NCBI GenBank assembly: GCA_038245295.1
Contig: JBBRSP010000004.1
Span: 1 to 64,000, forward strand
Source: Candidatus Binatia bacterium
GTDB taxonomy: Bacteria; Desulfobacterota; Binatia; HRBIN30
Length of the DNA stretch: 64,000 nt
Direction of reading: 5' to 3'
Made by a program: the position numbers and the translations under genes. Under the pieces are notes generated by a model. The model was not told the DNA's origin, did not search any database, and was given only the letters and a program-made list of their open reading frames with translations. This document shows, piece by piece, positions 30,918-41,275 of the stretch (within the stretch, counting starts at the first letter, position 1; the number at the start of each line of letters is the position of its first letter).

Positions 30918-31244
30918 TCAATAGTCGTCGGGCAGGGGCGCACTGAACAGAATCGGCTCATCGTCGCGCAGCATGGCCGGGGTGACGACGTAGGAGCCGC
31001 CGAGGGACGGGATCCAAATCTTTTCCGCCGTCCCGAGATCGCCAAGCGTCAGCACGTAGGCAAAGCACCCGGTAATACCTCCGAGTGTCGCGTACACGAC
31101 TTTGGCCGGCATATAGAAAACGTTGCTGACCACAGCGAGCGCGCCGTAGCCCATATCGGCGCGATAATCCTCCGACTCCGCCACAGCGACATGTGTCATC
31201 AACGAAACGCCGAGAAGTCCGGCCAAGATTGTCTTCCACCGCAT
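30918..31244 (-). CDS. Small exported/membrane hypothetical protein
   Basis: Signal-like N-terminus and hydrophobic core; GAGGAGG RBS; in operon. Confidence 0.7.
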   Translation of the reverse strand: MRWKTILAGLLGVSLMTHVAVAESEDYRADMGYGALAVVSNVFYMPAKVVYATLGGITGCFAYVLTLGDLGTAEKIWIPSLGGSYVVTPAMLRDDEPILFSAPLPDDY

Positions 31245-31246
31245 CG

Positions 31247-31993
31247 TCACACCTCCTCTGGGGACTCCGTACGCAAGATAGCACCATGCGGCAAACGCTC
31301 CAGTAAGAAAGTGAACGCCCGCTCCAGGTAGGCACGGTCCTTCGATTCCAGGGTGAGACGCACGCGATACTCAGGGTGATTGAGCTTTGGGTAAGAACCG
31401 AGCAACAACTCGGGGAACTCAGCCATCGTTGCGTTGAGATGTTCGGCTATACTCGTTTCGTTCTCACTGGTGTAGATAACACGCAAATAGTACGGGTCGG
31501 CGGCGAAGCGCGACTTCAGAGCCAGAAACTTGCTGCGGAACAACTCGGGGATCCCGGGGAGAATGTAGATGTTCTCGACCATGACCGCGGGGAAGTTGAG
31601 GTCGTCCCCATAGATGAGTTCGGCGCCTTCGGGCACATCGGCCATCTTGAGTTGCGCCTCGTTGATTTTGGTGCCGGAGAAGGCGCGGATCTTCTCTTCG
31701 AGGACGGGATGCCGGATGACGCGCCGACCGAGGCCGCGGGCAATGCCTTCGATGGTGATATCGTCATGCGTCGGCCCGACACCCCCCGAGGTAAAGAGAA
31801 CCTCGAAACGTGGATGAAGATCAACGATTGCCTCGGCAATGGCGTCGAGCTCGTCGGGGATCACAACAATGCGTTTCAGCTCGACGCCGAGCGCGCGCAG
31901 CTCGCCGCAAAGAAAAGCGGCGTTGGTATCGACGACCTTCCCCGATAGAATTTCGTTGCCGATCACCAACGCCGCTGCGGTTCTGTTGTGCAT
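31247..31993 (-). CDS. CinA N-terminal/molybdopterin-binding-like protein (COG1058 type)
   Basis: IGNEILSG, DTN, SGGVGPTHDDIT, LPGIP. Confidence 0.88.
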   Translation of the reverse strand: MHNRTAAALVIGNEILSGKVVDTNAAFLCGELRALGVELKRIVVIPDELDAIAEAIVDLHPRFEVLFTSGGVGPTHDDITIEGIARGLGRRVIRHPVLEEKIRAFSGTKINEAQLKMADVPEGAELIYGDDLNFPAVMVENIYILPGIPELFRSKFLALKSRFAADPYYLRVIYTSENETSIAEHLNATMAEFPELLLGSYPKLNHPEYRVRLTLESKDRAYLERAFTFLLERLPHGAILRTESPEEV

Positions 31994-32032
31994 AACTACC
32001 CGGACACCGATGACCGTGCCTCGCCTGCCGGT

Positions 32033-33682
32033 TCAGACCGAAATCGCATCCTTGCGGAAGTCGCTGCGACCAATCTTGATGTTGACCAGGGCAGGTTTGC
32101 CGGCACCCAGGGCACGTGCCATGGCGGGGCGGATTTCCTCCGGCCGTTCGACGTACTCGCCGTGCCCGCCGAGGGCTTCGACCACCTTGTCGTAGCGCGT
32201 GAAGCTCAAACCCGTCGCTACGGCGCGCTCTTCGCCGTAGATCTGCACCTGACCACGACGAATCTGCTGCCAGGCGGCATCATTTCCGATGACGCCGACA
32301 ACGTTGATCTTCTGGCGAATCATGGCCTCGAACTCGAGCCCATGCAGACCAAACGAGCCGTCACCGTAAGCAATGACCACCGAGTTCTTCGGCTTCGCCA
32401 GCTTGGCGGCCATGGCGTAGCCGGGCCCAACCCCGAGTGTTCCGAGCGGGCCTGGATCGAGCCAGTGCCCCTGCTCGTAGATCTTCAGCACCGAGGCAGC
32501 GGTGGCAACAAAATCCCCGCCGTCACCGATGACGATCGCGTCGCGGCCAAGTGAATCGGAAATCTCTTTACACGCGCGCAGAGGGTTGATCGGTACGGCG
32601 TTCGATTCCAACTCCGGCTGCATCTTGGCCGATTTCTCCTGTTCGCGCTGACGGATTTCATCGAGCCAAGGTTTGACCATCGCGGCCGAGTAGCCCTCTT
32701 TCTTGGCCAGATCGGTAAGTTGCTTCATCACGAGGCCGGTGTCACCGACGATACCGATGTCGATTGGGCGATTGCGCCCGATCTCGCCACCGTCGAGGTC
32801 GATCTGCACCAGCTTGGCGCTCGGATTGAAATGCGACTCGCGGCCGTAGCCGAGACGGAAATCGAGCGGTGTGCCGAAAATCAGCACGACGTCGGCCTGC
32901 TTGAGGGCTTCCTTGCGCGTTTGCGTGAAGAAGAACGGATTCTCCGGCGGCAAGGAGCCACGCCCGAGGCCGTTTACGTAGATCGGCATCCCGAAGGTTT
33001 CGACAAACTTCGGGTAGTCGGCGCGGTAACGCGACCATCGTAGTTGGCTGCCGACCAGAGCGACTGGACGCTGCGCGTTCTTGAGCAACTCGAAGGCGCG
33101 ATCGAGATACTCCGGATCGCCACCCTGGGCCGCCTCGGTACGGTATCCCGTCGGCATCGGACAACGTGTTTCGTCGTAGACGTTGAAAAGCTGGTCGATC
33201 GGCATCTCGAGATACACCGGCCCCGGTAGGCCGGTGGTGGCGATGCGGAACGCCATCGAAACGTACTCCGCCAGCCGACGTCCTTCGGGAACCGACACGG
33301 CCCACTTGGTAATCGGGCGCATCAACTCGACGTGATTCATGTCTTGGAGTGAGCCCATGTCGGCGAACGGACGAGGCCCTTGCCCACCGATGATCAGCAT
33401 CGGAATGTTGGCACGGTGCGCACTGGCCACCCCCGTGACGGCATCCGTCAGCCCGGGTCCCGCGGTGACGACCGCTACGCCTGGGTTGCCCGTAACACGA
33501 GCCCAGCCGTCGGCGGCGTGGGCCGCGGTTTGTTCGTGGCGCGTGTCGATGACGCGGATGCCCTCGTCGACACAGCCATCGTAGATCGACATGACGTGAC
33601 CGCCGCAAAGGGTGAATATGTATGGAACGTTCTCGGCCTTCAGGGCTTTGGCAACAAGCCGGCCGCCGTGGATCTCTGCCAT
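32033..33682 (-). CDS. ThDP-dependent enzyme, acetolactate synthase-like / 2-hydroxyacyl-CoA lyase-like
   Basis: TLCGGH, RHEQ, TAGPG, GDGSFG...NDAAW ThDP motif. Confidence 0.88.
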   Translation of the reverse strand: MAEIHGGRLVAKALKAENVPYIFTLCGGHVMSIYDGCVDEGIRVIDTRHEQTAAHAADGWARVTGNPGVAVVTAGPGLTDAVTGVASAHRANIPMLIIGGQGPRPFADMGSLQDMNHVELMRPITKWAVSVPEGRRLAEYVSMAFRIATTGLPGPVYLEMPIDQLFNVYDETRCPMPTGYRTEAAQGGDPEYLDRAFELLKNAQRPVALVGSQLRWSRYRADYPKFVETFGMPIYVNGLGRGSLPPENPFFFTQTRKEALKQADVVLIFGTPLDFRLGYGRESHFNPSAKLVQIDLDGGEIGRNRPIDIGIVGDTGLVMKQLTDLAKKEGYSAAMVKPWLDEIRQREQEKSAKMQPELESNAVPINPLRACKEISDSLGRDAIVIGDGGDFVATAASVLKIYEQGHWLDPGPLGTLGVGPGYAMAAKLAKPKNSVVIAYGDGSFGLHGLEFEAMIRQKINVVGVIGNDAAWQQIRRGQVQIYGEERAVATGLSFTRYDKVVEALGGHGEYVERPEEIRPAMARALGAGKPALVNIKIGRSDFRKDAISV

Positions 33683-33755
33683 GATGTCGGGGGTCCTTTC
33701 GCGGGCGCGTTTATACAAGCGCTGTCCAGAGCAGGCAAGGTAGCGGCCAAACGCA

Positions 33756-34715
33756 TCAACGAATGATGTCGACGACCGCGTCTTGCATGTCGGCCGAGTA
33801 GGCCAGAAGGTAGGTCTTCAGCTTTTTCTTGATTCGTTCTTCGACCTGCCGCACGCGCTCGCGGCTGATCCCGTACTTGTCACCGATCTCCTGCAGCGTC
33901 AGCGGTTCCTCAGCCATCAAGCGACTATCGAAGATGACCTTGTCTTTGCCGCTCAAGGTTGAGCCGAATTCGCGAATCTTGCGGGCAATGAGCTCGCGCG
34001 ACTCGGCATCGGCGAAGGACTGTTCGGCATTGGCGCCTTTGCTGGCGAGGAAATCCAGCATGGTGGCGTCTTCGCCTTCGGCAGTGGGTGCATCGACAGA
34101 GAGGTCGCGACCGGAGAGCCGCTGATCCATTTCGATGACTTCCGACTCCTTGACGTCGAGGCTTTGCGCGATCAGTCGCGGACCCGGCCGAAAGCCCTGT
34201 GCCTCTAGGCGATCCTTTTCCTTTTGAAGATTGAAGAAGAGTTTGCGTTGCGCCTGGGTAGTACCGATCTTCACCATCCGCCAGTTGTTCATCATGTAGC
34301 GGATGATGTACGCGCGGATCCACCACACGGCATAAGACGGGAAGCGGATGCCGCGGTACGGATCAAAATTCTTGATCGCCTCGAGGAGGCCGATGTTGCC
34401 TTCCTGCACCAGATCGAGAAGGTTCTTGAACGCCCGTTGATACTGTCGGGCAATCATGACGACGAGTCGGAGATTTCCGGTTACCAGCTTGTACGCGGCC
34501 TCGACGTCGCCTTGCTCTTTGTAACGAACTCCGAGCTCGTGCTCTTCTTCGCGAGACAACAGTGGGTAGCGACGGATCTCTGTCAGGTAGCGTTGCAGCG
34601 GATCGTAGGGCGCGACCGCAGCATTGTCCGCATCATCGAGGTCGATCTCCGGGGCGGCATCAGGAGATGCATCTTCGGCGGCTTGCGGCTCATCAACAAT
34701 GTCGTCGTCGGCCAT
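33756..34715 (-). CDS. rpoH: RNA polymerase sigma factor, RpoH (sigma-32) family
   Basis: NLRLV, DLVQEGNIGL, RpoH box TTQAQRKLFFNL, TLQEIG...SRERVRQVE. Confidence 0.88.
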   Translation of the reverse strand: MADDDIVDEPQAAEDASPDAAPEIDLDDADNAAVAPYDPLQRYLTEIRRYPLLSREEEHELGVRYKEQGDVEAAYKLVTGNLRLVVMIARQYQRAFKNLLDLVQEGNIGLLEAIKNFDPYRGIRFPSYAVWWIRAYIIRYMMNNWRMVKIGTTQAQRKLFFNLQKEKDRLEAQGFRPGPRLIAQSLDVKESEVIEMDQRLSGRDLSVDAPTAEGEDATMLDFLASKGANAEQSFADAESRELIARKIREFGSTLSGKDKVIFDSRLMAEEPLTLQEIGDKYGISRERVRQVEERIKKKLKTYLLAYSADMQDAVVDIIR

Positions 34716-34763
34716 GTTCGAAACCGACCTTACAGCCTTCACCGAGACGCGGCAACTCTGGGT

Positions 34764-35720
34764 TTACAATCGCAGGGCAGCGCGCGGGGACGACGCGTAG
34801 GCAGCTTCGATATCTTCCACAGCCTTCGTGAGTTTTTCGCCAAAGGACGGCACCTGAACCATGACGCGGAGATACAAGTCGCCACTGTCCTCCTTGCCTC
34901 CACCGGGCCGAACACCGCGTCCACGCAGGCGCAATTGTTTGCCGCTCGAGGAGCCGGCTGGAATCTTCACCCTCAAGTCCCCATCCGGCGTCGGGACCGT
35001 GATGGAAGCGCCACGGACCGCTTCACCCACCGTCACGGGCACATCCATATAGAGGTCTTTTCCACGACGTTCGAGCAAAGGATGAGGCTTCACGTGGATG
35101 ATCAGGTAGAGGTCTCCGGCGGGGCCGCCCCCGTGCCCTGGTTCCCCCTTACCAGCGATACGAACACGTGCTCCCGTGTCGACTCCGGCAGGAATCTTCA
35201 CCCGCAAACGCTGGGTTGCCGGCGGCCCGCTGCGAGCCGTTTGAGGTCGGGTCAGCGTAATCTCGCGGCTGACACCGTTCAGCGCCTCCAGCAGATCGAT
35301 CTCGAATTCCACTTCTTGGTTGGCACCGCGTGCCGGCCCCTGCCAATCGCCGCGCGAGAAGAGACCGGAAAGCAAATCATCGACATCGACAAACTCGCCG
35401 CCCCGAGTCTGGCTGCCGCCAAATCCGCGGCCGTTGCCGGCACGCTGGCGTGACCACTCGCGATGGGCACGTGCCTGTTCTGCGTCGAAACCGGCCTGCA
35501 GAGAGTCTGCCCCGAACTCGTCGTAAAGGCTACGTTTGGCCTGGTCGCTCAGGACTTCGTAGGCTTGGGAAACTTCTTTGAAGCGCTCTTCGGCGGCTTT
35601 GTCGTCAGGGTTGACGTCAGGATGAAGCTTCCGCGCGAGCTTGCGATACGATTTCTTGATGTCATCGGCACTCGCCGATTTGTTCACGCCCAACGCGTCG
35701 TACAGGTCCACGTTCGCCAT
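34764..35720 (-). CDS. DnaJ-class chaperone (type II, CbpA-like)
   Basis: J domain with HPD, no zinc finger, GDLY C-terminal repeats. Confidence 0.9.
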   Translation of the reverse strand: MANVDLYDALGVNKSASADDIKKSYRKLARKLHPDVNPDDKAAEERFKEVSQAYEVLSDQAKRSLYDEFGADSLQAGFDAEQARAHREWSRQRAGNGRGFGGSQTRGGEFVDVDDLLSGLFSRGDWQGPARGANQEVEFEIDLLEALNGVSREITLTRPQTARSGPPATQRLRVKIPAGVDTGARVRIAGKGEPGHGGGPAGDLYLIIHVKPHPLLERRGKDLYMDVPVTVGEAVRGASITVPTPDGDLRVKIPAGSSSGKQLRLRGRGVRPGGGKEDSGDLYLRVMVQVPSFGEKLTKAVEDIEAAYASSPRAALRL

Positions 35721-35796
35721 ACCTCCGCCAGGTAAGGCAAGTGAGTCCCATAAGTCACCCCGTCAAGAGCAAGGCACGAGTTTTCTCGCGTCTTGA

Positions 35797-35994
35797 TCAA
35801 TCCTTGTCAGGATACTCGAGACAAACCTTGCCGTCGGCGATTTCGCGTAGGGCCGACACCACTTCCTTGTTGCCGGACTCGACCAGCGGGCGTGCGCCTT
35901 TGAGCAGTTGTTTCGCACGCCGCGCTCCGAGCAGCACCAGCTCAAAGCGATTCGGCACATTCTCCAGGCAATCCTCGACAGTGATACGAGCCAT
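35797..35994 (-). CDS. rpoZ: RNA polymerase omega subunit
   Basis: [10 protein letters not shown]...NRFELV...RAKQL...ALREIA. Confidence 0.95.
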   Translation of the reverse strand: MARITVEDCLENVPNRFELVLLGARRAKQLLKGARPLVESGNKEVVSALREIADGKVCLEYPDKD

Positions 35995-36096
35995 GGGACC
36001 GGTCTATAGCGTGGTGTTGCGGTGGGGCAAGAGGGCAGTGGCGGGGGGGTAGCGAACTTGACTCTGCAGCCGAGCCCCAGTAAGCGTCCTGGCTGC

Positions 36097-36570
36097 ATGA
36101 CTTTCATGGATCGAGTCACTCGTCTCGTCGTCGGGCTTTCGGACAAGGAACGCGTCGCGACGCTGTTGGGCGGGGTTTACTCGTCCTGCACCGAGCGGGC
36201 GCGGCTGCTCGGGCGTCACGCCATGGAGGCACCCAACGGAGCAAGCGTCAGCCTCCTTCGCGAGCTGCAGAGTTCCGAAGTGGAATTGAGCAAGCATATT
36301 GCAACGGCACTGATTGCGGCAGGGGGACGACCGTCGCAGACTCACTCCGTGCTGCCGCCGCCGGCCAGCCCCAATCACTGGGGCCGACTTGTCCAGGATC
36401 TCGAATTGCACCGGCACGCGACGCGGGAGTTACAGGAGGCGTCGTTCCGGGTGGTCGAGGATCTGCCGGAGCTCGCGAATCTGCTTCTGGAGGCGAGCGA
36501 AGAAACACGCCGCCAATGTGAACACCTGCGCACCCTGATTGCGCGAGCCGATCCGCAAGCGCTCGACTGA
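36097..36570 (+). CDS. Hypothetical helical protein, possibly ferritin-like
   Basis: Helical, Glu-rich ORF; preceded by TTGACT-17-TAAGCG. Confidence 0.6.
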   Translation: MTFMDRVTRLVVGLSDKERVATLLGGVYSSCTERARLLGRHAMEAPNGASVSLLRELQSSEVELSKHIATALIAAGGRPSQTHSVLPPPASPNHWGRLVQDLELHRHATRELQEASFRVVEDLPELANLLLEASEETRRQCEHLRTLIARADPQALD

Positions 36571-36659
36571 CTCCCCTTCAGCGCGAACACAGCCGGGTCT
36601 TGCGCGCATGGGTTGCGACGAGGTGGTCGCACGAGTACCTTGCCCGTGGTGCCCGACAC

Positions 36660-37235
36660 ATGACGATTGAACTTGTACGCCAGCGTCTTGCCACACACGC
36701 GCCGCAAACCTTCTCCGAAGCCAGCCTCCAGCGAGCAGCCGTGGCGATCATCCTGCGCGACAGACCGACTTCGCCTGAGTTCATTGCCATCCACCGCGCT
36801 GACCGACACGGCGACCCGTGGTCGGGGCACATGGCCCTACCGGGCGGACGCCACCAGGCGGAGGACGCGACGCTCCAGGACACGGTTCAACGAGAGACAT
36901 GCGAAGAGGTCGGCGTCGACTTGAGAACCGACGGCGATCTATTGGGGCACCTCGATGACATCCAAGCAATCGGCCGCGGCAAGGTTCTGCCCCTCGTGAT
37001 CCGACCATACGTTTTCTCGCTCCGTCGTGACGTCGATCTCAAACCGAACGCGGCGGAGGTACAGGCAGCGATCTGGGTGCCCGTGGGTGAGTTGCGTGCC
37101 CCGGGGCGGGCTTCAACGTTGCGGCACCAGGCGTTCGGCCAGGATCACGAGCTTCCGGCGTGGCAGATTCAGGGTTACACAATCTGGGGCCTTACTCATC
37201 GCATCCTGAGCAACATGCTCACCCTCATCGACTAA
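36660..37235 (+). CDS. Nudix hydrolase, CoA pyrophosphatase family
   Basis: AAV, WSGHMALPGG, RETCEEVG Nudix box, IWGLT. Confidence 0.9.
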   Translation: MTIELVRQRLATHAPQTFSEASLQRAAVAIILRDRPTSPEFIAIHRADRHGDPWSGHMALPGGRHQAEDATLQDTVQRETCEEVGVDLRTDGDLLGHLDDIQAIGRGKVLPLVIRPYVFSLRRDVDLKPNAAEVQAAIWVPVGELRAPGRASTLRHQAFGQDHELPAWQIQGYTIWGLTHRILSNMLTLID

Positions 37236-37283
37236 AGCCTCGCGTTGACTCCATGGGGGGCATTCCTTATGGGTTCGCTCCGC

Positions 37284-37478
37284 ATGCGCATCACGCTCCT
37301 GCCACAACGGCAATGTATTGAGATCGCCGGACGTCGGCGCGTCAGCGATCTCTTGCGCGAGCTGCAACTAATTCCCGGCACCGTCATGGTGATTCGCGGC
37401 GATGAGTTGGTGACCGAGCACGATTTTCTGGAAGCGGCGGACAACGTTGAGATCCGCAACGTCATCTCCGGCGGCTGA
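37284..37478 (+). CDS. ttuB: Ubiquitin-like sulfur carrier (ThiS/MoaD/TtuB)
   Basis: 64 aa ending in VISGG; 2 nt upstream of the TtuA-like gene. Confidence 0.75.
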   Translation: MRITLLPQRQCIEIAGRRRVSDLLRELQLIPGTVMVIRGDELVTEHDFLEAADNVEIRNVISGG

Positions 37479-37480
37479 CC

Positions 37481-38446
37481 ATGACGCAAGCGATACGACC
37501 GCCGAAATGTAAGCGGTGCCGTGCCAAGGCACAGGTATACTTGCGGCAACACAACTCGGCCTTCTGCCGTGGCTGTTTCATTTTCTATTTTCAGCGACAA
37601 GCTGAACGGGCGATCGCGCACGAACACATGTTCGGGCGCGACGAGGTTGTCTTGGTCGCCGTATCCGGCGGCAAGGATAGCCTGGCGCTGTGGGATGTCC
37701 TGATCGAGTCGGGTTATCAAACGGTCGGGATGCATCTGGAGCTCGGCATCGCTGAGTATTCACTGTCATCAACCCGGAAAACGGTGGCCTTCGCCGAGGC
37801 GCGGGGGCAGAAGCTGATCCGCGTCGACCTCGGGGCAGAGAATGCCGACGTCCCGACCCTCGCGGGCCTTACGCGTCGCCCGGCTTGTGCCGCCTGCGGC
37901 ACCGCCAAGCGCCATCACTTCGATCGCGTCGCCGATGAAGGCGGGTACGCAGTGCTCGCCACCGGTCATAACCTGGACGATGAAGCGGCACGACTGCTTG
38001 GCAACGTCATGCGTTGGCAGCAGGGCTACCTGGCTAAACAGCAGCCGGTTCTACAGCCAACCCATGAGCGCTTCGTCCGTAAGGTGAAGCCATTCTATCG
38101 GCTCAGCGAATACGAAACTGCGGTCTACGCGTTCCTGCGCGGCATCGACTACGTTGTCGAGGAATGCCCAAACAGCGCCGGAGCCTCGCAGTTGGTTTAC
38201 AAGGATGTGTTGAACCGCCTCGAAGCCGCGATGCCGGGAACCAAGTTGACCTTCTTCCAGGAGTTCCTGCGAACAGCACAGCCTCTGTTTCAGAACGCTG
38301 AGGCATCACCACCGGGAACCTGTCAACGATGCGCTATGCCAGCCTTCGGCGATAGGTGTTCGTACTGCACCCTCCTTGTCGAAGTGGACCGACGGCGGCA
38401 ACAGGCGGAGTCGCGCGGTAGTGGAACGACAAACCCCGACGTGTAA
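37481..38446 (+). CDS. ttuA: tRNA 2-thiolation protein, TtuA/Ncs6 family
   Basis: N- and C-terminal Cys zinc fingers, PP-loop SGGKDS, CAAC, GHNLDD, EECP. Confidence 0.85.
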   Translation: MTQAIRPPKCKRCRAKAQVYLRQHNSAFCRGCFIFYFQRQAERAIAHEHMFGRDEVVLVAVSGGKDSLALWDVLIESGYQTVGMHLELGIAEYSLSSTRKTVAFAEARGQKLIRVDLGAENADVPTLAGLTRRPACAACGTAKRHHFDRVADEGGYAVLATGHNLDDEAARLLGNVMRWQQGYLAKQQPVLQPTHERFVRKVKPFYRLSEYETAVYAFLRGIDYVVEECPNSAGASQLVYKDVLNRLEAAMPGTKLTFFQEFLRTAQPLFQNAEASPPGTCQRCAMPAFGDRCSYCTLLVEVDRRRQQAESRGSGTTNPDV

Positions 38447-38480
38447 GAAAACCCGGATCGAGCCGATGAGAGGAGCTGCA

Positions 38481-39284
38481 ATGAGAGTAGACGACGCCAG
38501 CCGTTTGCGCGCCGGCGAAGCGGTCTTGTTTGTCGATCGCAAGGAGCGTGAGTACCTCCGCATGCTTGAACCCGGGAAACGATTACATATCCGACAGGGG
38601 AGCCTGCAGGCGGACCACCTCATCGGTTTGCAAGAGGGACGCACCGTCTACAACAGCGACAAAGAGGCGTTTCTCTTGCTCCGTCCGACCTATGCGCAGC
38701 TCGTACCGAATCTGCCGCGTGATGCACAAGTCATCTACCCGAAAGATATCGGCCCCCTCCTCTTGTGGGGCGACATCTATCCTGGCGCCACGGTAGTCGA
38801 GATTGGCACTGGTCCGGCGGCGATGACCATGGCGTTACTGCGATGCGTCGGCCCGTCGGGACGGGTTGTTTCATACGAGGTGAGAGAAGACTTCGCCCAG
38901 ATGGCGCAACGCAACGTCGCGCAATTCTTCGGCCCGGCACCACAGTGGACCATCAAAGTGGCCGACGCCTTCCAAGGGATCAGCGAGCGCGGGGTGGATC
39001 GGATCGTCGTAGACCTCGCTGAACCGTGGCTTCTCCTGGAAGAGTTGGCCGCCGCCTTGCGCCCCGGCGGTGTGCTCATCGGCTACATCCCGACAGTGCT
39101 GCAAATCAAGGAACTCGTCGACGCGGCACGCCGCCACGGGGGCTTCGGGGCGATACAGACGTTTGAGACGTTGATGCGATTCTGGCACGTGAAGGGTTTG
39201 AGCGTGAGGCCTGAGCATCGGATGGTGGCACACACCGGTTTCATGGTGATCTTGCGTCGGCTCGCCGACGCGAGGACTCGTTGA
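38481..39284 (+). CDS. trmI: tRNA (adenine-58-N1)-methyltransferase
   Basis: AQVIYPKD, EIGTG, YEVREDF, DLAEPW, VRPEHRMVAHTGF. Confidence 0.9.
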   Translation: MRVDDASRLRAGEAVLFVDRKEREYLRMLEPGKRLHIRQGSLQADHLIGLQEGRTVYNSDKEAFLLLRPTYAQLVPNLPRDAQVIYPKDIGPLLLWGDIYPGATVVEIGTGPAAMTMALLRCVGPSGRVVSYEVREDFAQMAQRNVAQFFGPAPQWTIKVADAFQGISERGVDRIVVDLAEPWLLLEELAAALRPGGVLIGYIPTVLQIKELVDAARRHGGFGAIQTFETLMRFWHVKGLSVRPEHRMVAHTGFMVILRRLADARTR

Positions 39285-39333
39285 CACCCCGCGAGGCCTA
39301 TAGTAGCGCACGAACTTCGTTCAGCGCGCGATC

Positions 39334-40071
39334 ATGACCAAGAACGACATTCGCCACAAAGTAGTGCAACGCTTGGCTCTTGCCGGAGCAGCTCGCTTCC
39401 CGAGTCTTGCTGAGCGTGTGCCAAACTTCAGCGGCGCAGAACGCGCCGCGCGTCTGGTCTGCGAATTGCCGATGTGGAAAAGGGCTCGTGTCGTAAAACT
39501 CAACCTCGACGCCCCCCAACTAGCCTTGCGACGTGCCGCCCTGGAAGAGGGGAAGATTGTCTACCTGGCGGTTCCTAAACTGCGCAACGAACGCTGCTTC
39601 ATCGAGATCGACCCGGCTCGTCTAGCACGCCAACTCACCCGCCTGTCGTCCATACGCGGGGCCGCCCAACTCGGACGTGCCGTCGCGCCCGCGGAGATGC
39701 GTCCCATCGATGTCATCCTTTGCGGGTCGGTTGCCGTCACCCGGCAAGGCGCACGCATCGGCGCCGGCGGCGGCTACGGGGATCTAGAGTACGCCCTGAT
39801 GCGCGCCGAAGGCTGCGTGCGGGAATACACGCCGATCCTGACGACGGTCCACTCCCTGCAAATCATCGACGAGCGCCTGCCGATGCGCGGTCACGACATA
39901 CCCGTCGATTTCGTCATTACCCCCGACCAGGTCATCGCCGCACCGAGTCTGCATCCACGGCCGCGCGGCATCATCTGGGAGATCCTACGCGACGATCGCA
40001 TCGCTTCCATCCCGTTGTTGCGTAAGAGCCGCCGCGGCACCCAGAGCGCTCAATCGCCGCGCCGCGTGTAA
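39334..40071 (+). CDS. 5-formyltetrahydrofolate cyclo-ligase family (MTHFSD-like)
   Basis: RVPNFSGA, DAPQ, GSVAV...GARIGAGGGYGDLEY, HDIPVD. Confidence 0.85.
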   Translation: MTKNDIRHKVVQRLALAGAARFPSLAERVPNFSGAERAARLVCELPMWKRARVVKLNLDAPQLALRRAALEEGKIVYLAVPKLRNERCFIEIDPARLARQLTRLSSIRGAAQLGRAVAPAEMRPIDVILCGSVAVTRQGARIGAGGGYGDLEYALMRAEGCVREYTPILTTVHSLQIIDERLPMRGHDIPVDFVITPDQVIAAPSLHPRPRGIIWEILRDDRIASIPLLRKSRRGTQSAQSPRRV

Positions 40072-40145
40072 GCAAAGCTTGCCTTGCTCGACTCACTCGG
40101 GTAATCCCCTGCCCATCAACAAAACACCGCCTTCAGGAGGATCAA

Positions 40146-40598
40146 ATGGCTGAAGATCACGTCGTACAGAACTCGGAAAACCCGATCATCGCTTTCATCG
40201 GTTGGGGCGGCCTCGGAATCTTCGCCCTCTGGTTCGCTTACCAGGTTGGTGCTCCGCTCGTGATGCAAGAACGATGGGCCGACAAGGGGAAGGTTGCCAT
40301 CGAGCTGGTCAAGAACCAGAAGCCAACCGGCGGCGATACCTTGTACGATCTCATCCGGGCATACTCGCTCAAGGCCAAAGACAAGAACATCTTCGTCGGC
40401 GAGTTCAGCTGGAGCGCGATCCAGAAGGACGGCCCTGACTACGACGTGAAGCTCCTGTGGACGGAGGGCTCACAAAAGCGCGTCGCGATTTGGCAGACCA
40501 ACCTTCAAAGCAATCAAATCACGCCGAAGAACAAGGGCGAGGCCTCGACGCTGGCAACCCATGTGACGTCTGAACCTCAACTGCAGAAGGCCTCCTGA
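40146..40598 (+). CDS. Hypothetical single-TM protein
   Basis: AGGAGG RBS; N-terminal TM segment. Confidence 0.75.
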   Translation: MAEDHVVQNSENPIIAFIGWGGLGIFALWFAYQVGAPLVMQERWADKGKVAIELVKNQKPTGGDTLYDLIRAYSLKAKDKNIFVGEFSWSAIQKDGPDYDVKLLWTEGSQKRVAIWQTNLQSNQITPKNKGEASTLATHVTSEPQLQKAS

Positions 40599-40609
40599 CG
40601 CAGCGCCGA

Positions 40610-41248
40610 CTAAGCAGCGTGCGCCGAGCCTCGTAACTTACGGGCCGCAATCCGTGCATGCTGCTCGACAAGCCCCTTTGGGCACATCGTTGCAAACGCC
40701 TTGGCTCCCACAAGGAGCACCAAGAAGTCGTCGAGCTGCCCGCCTATCGAGAATGCATCCGGCATGAGATCGCGTAGGGCGACGCCGTACACTACCCCGA
40801 ACGCGACCAGCGCCTTTCCGATCAGTGGTGATCGCGCGTCAGCCAGCAATCGGACATACACCAGGACCGCCAAGGCCGCGCTTCGCAACGCCATCTTGGG
40901 CCCACCGGTCGCAAGCGTCCCAAACACAGACCAATCGAAGATGGGCATGAGTAGCGCAAGCAGCGCGAACACGAGGATCCGCGGCAACCAGTCATCGCTC
41001 CACCTGGATACCGCGCCGCTCAGCGTCTTCCCCAACCGGCGGAATAACCGCTCGAGATCGTCAGCCGGGCCGGCACCAGAATCGTGGCTCACAAGGCTTA
41101 CATGACTCCACTCGCCGCCCGAGTCGGGTGAATCCGCAACGTCCACCTCGGCCACAGCCGCCGTCAGTGGACCCGCCCAGACGCTCGCATCCGCGCACGG
41201 TGGGATCAGGGACAGCAGAGCCAACGCCACCAGCGCCGTAACCTGCAT
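40610..41248 (-). CDS. DUF1232/YkvA-domain membrane protein
   Basis: DARSP..GK...Y....DLMPD...GQLDD. Confidence 0.7.
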   Translation of the reverse strand: MQVTALVALALLSLIPPCADASVWAGPLTAAVAEVDVADSPDSGGEWSHVSLVSHDSGAGPADDLERLFRRLGKTLSGAVSRWSDDWLPRILVFALLALLMPIFDWSVFGTLATGGPKMALRSAALAVLVYVRLLADARSPLIGKALVAFGVVYGVALRDLMPDAFSIGGQLDDFLVLLVGAKAFATMCPKGLVEQHARIAARKLRGSAHAA

Positions 41249-41275
41249 CAGTAATGCCGATCGGATGGGCGCCCC

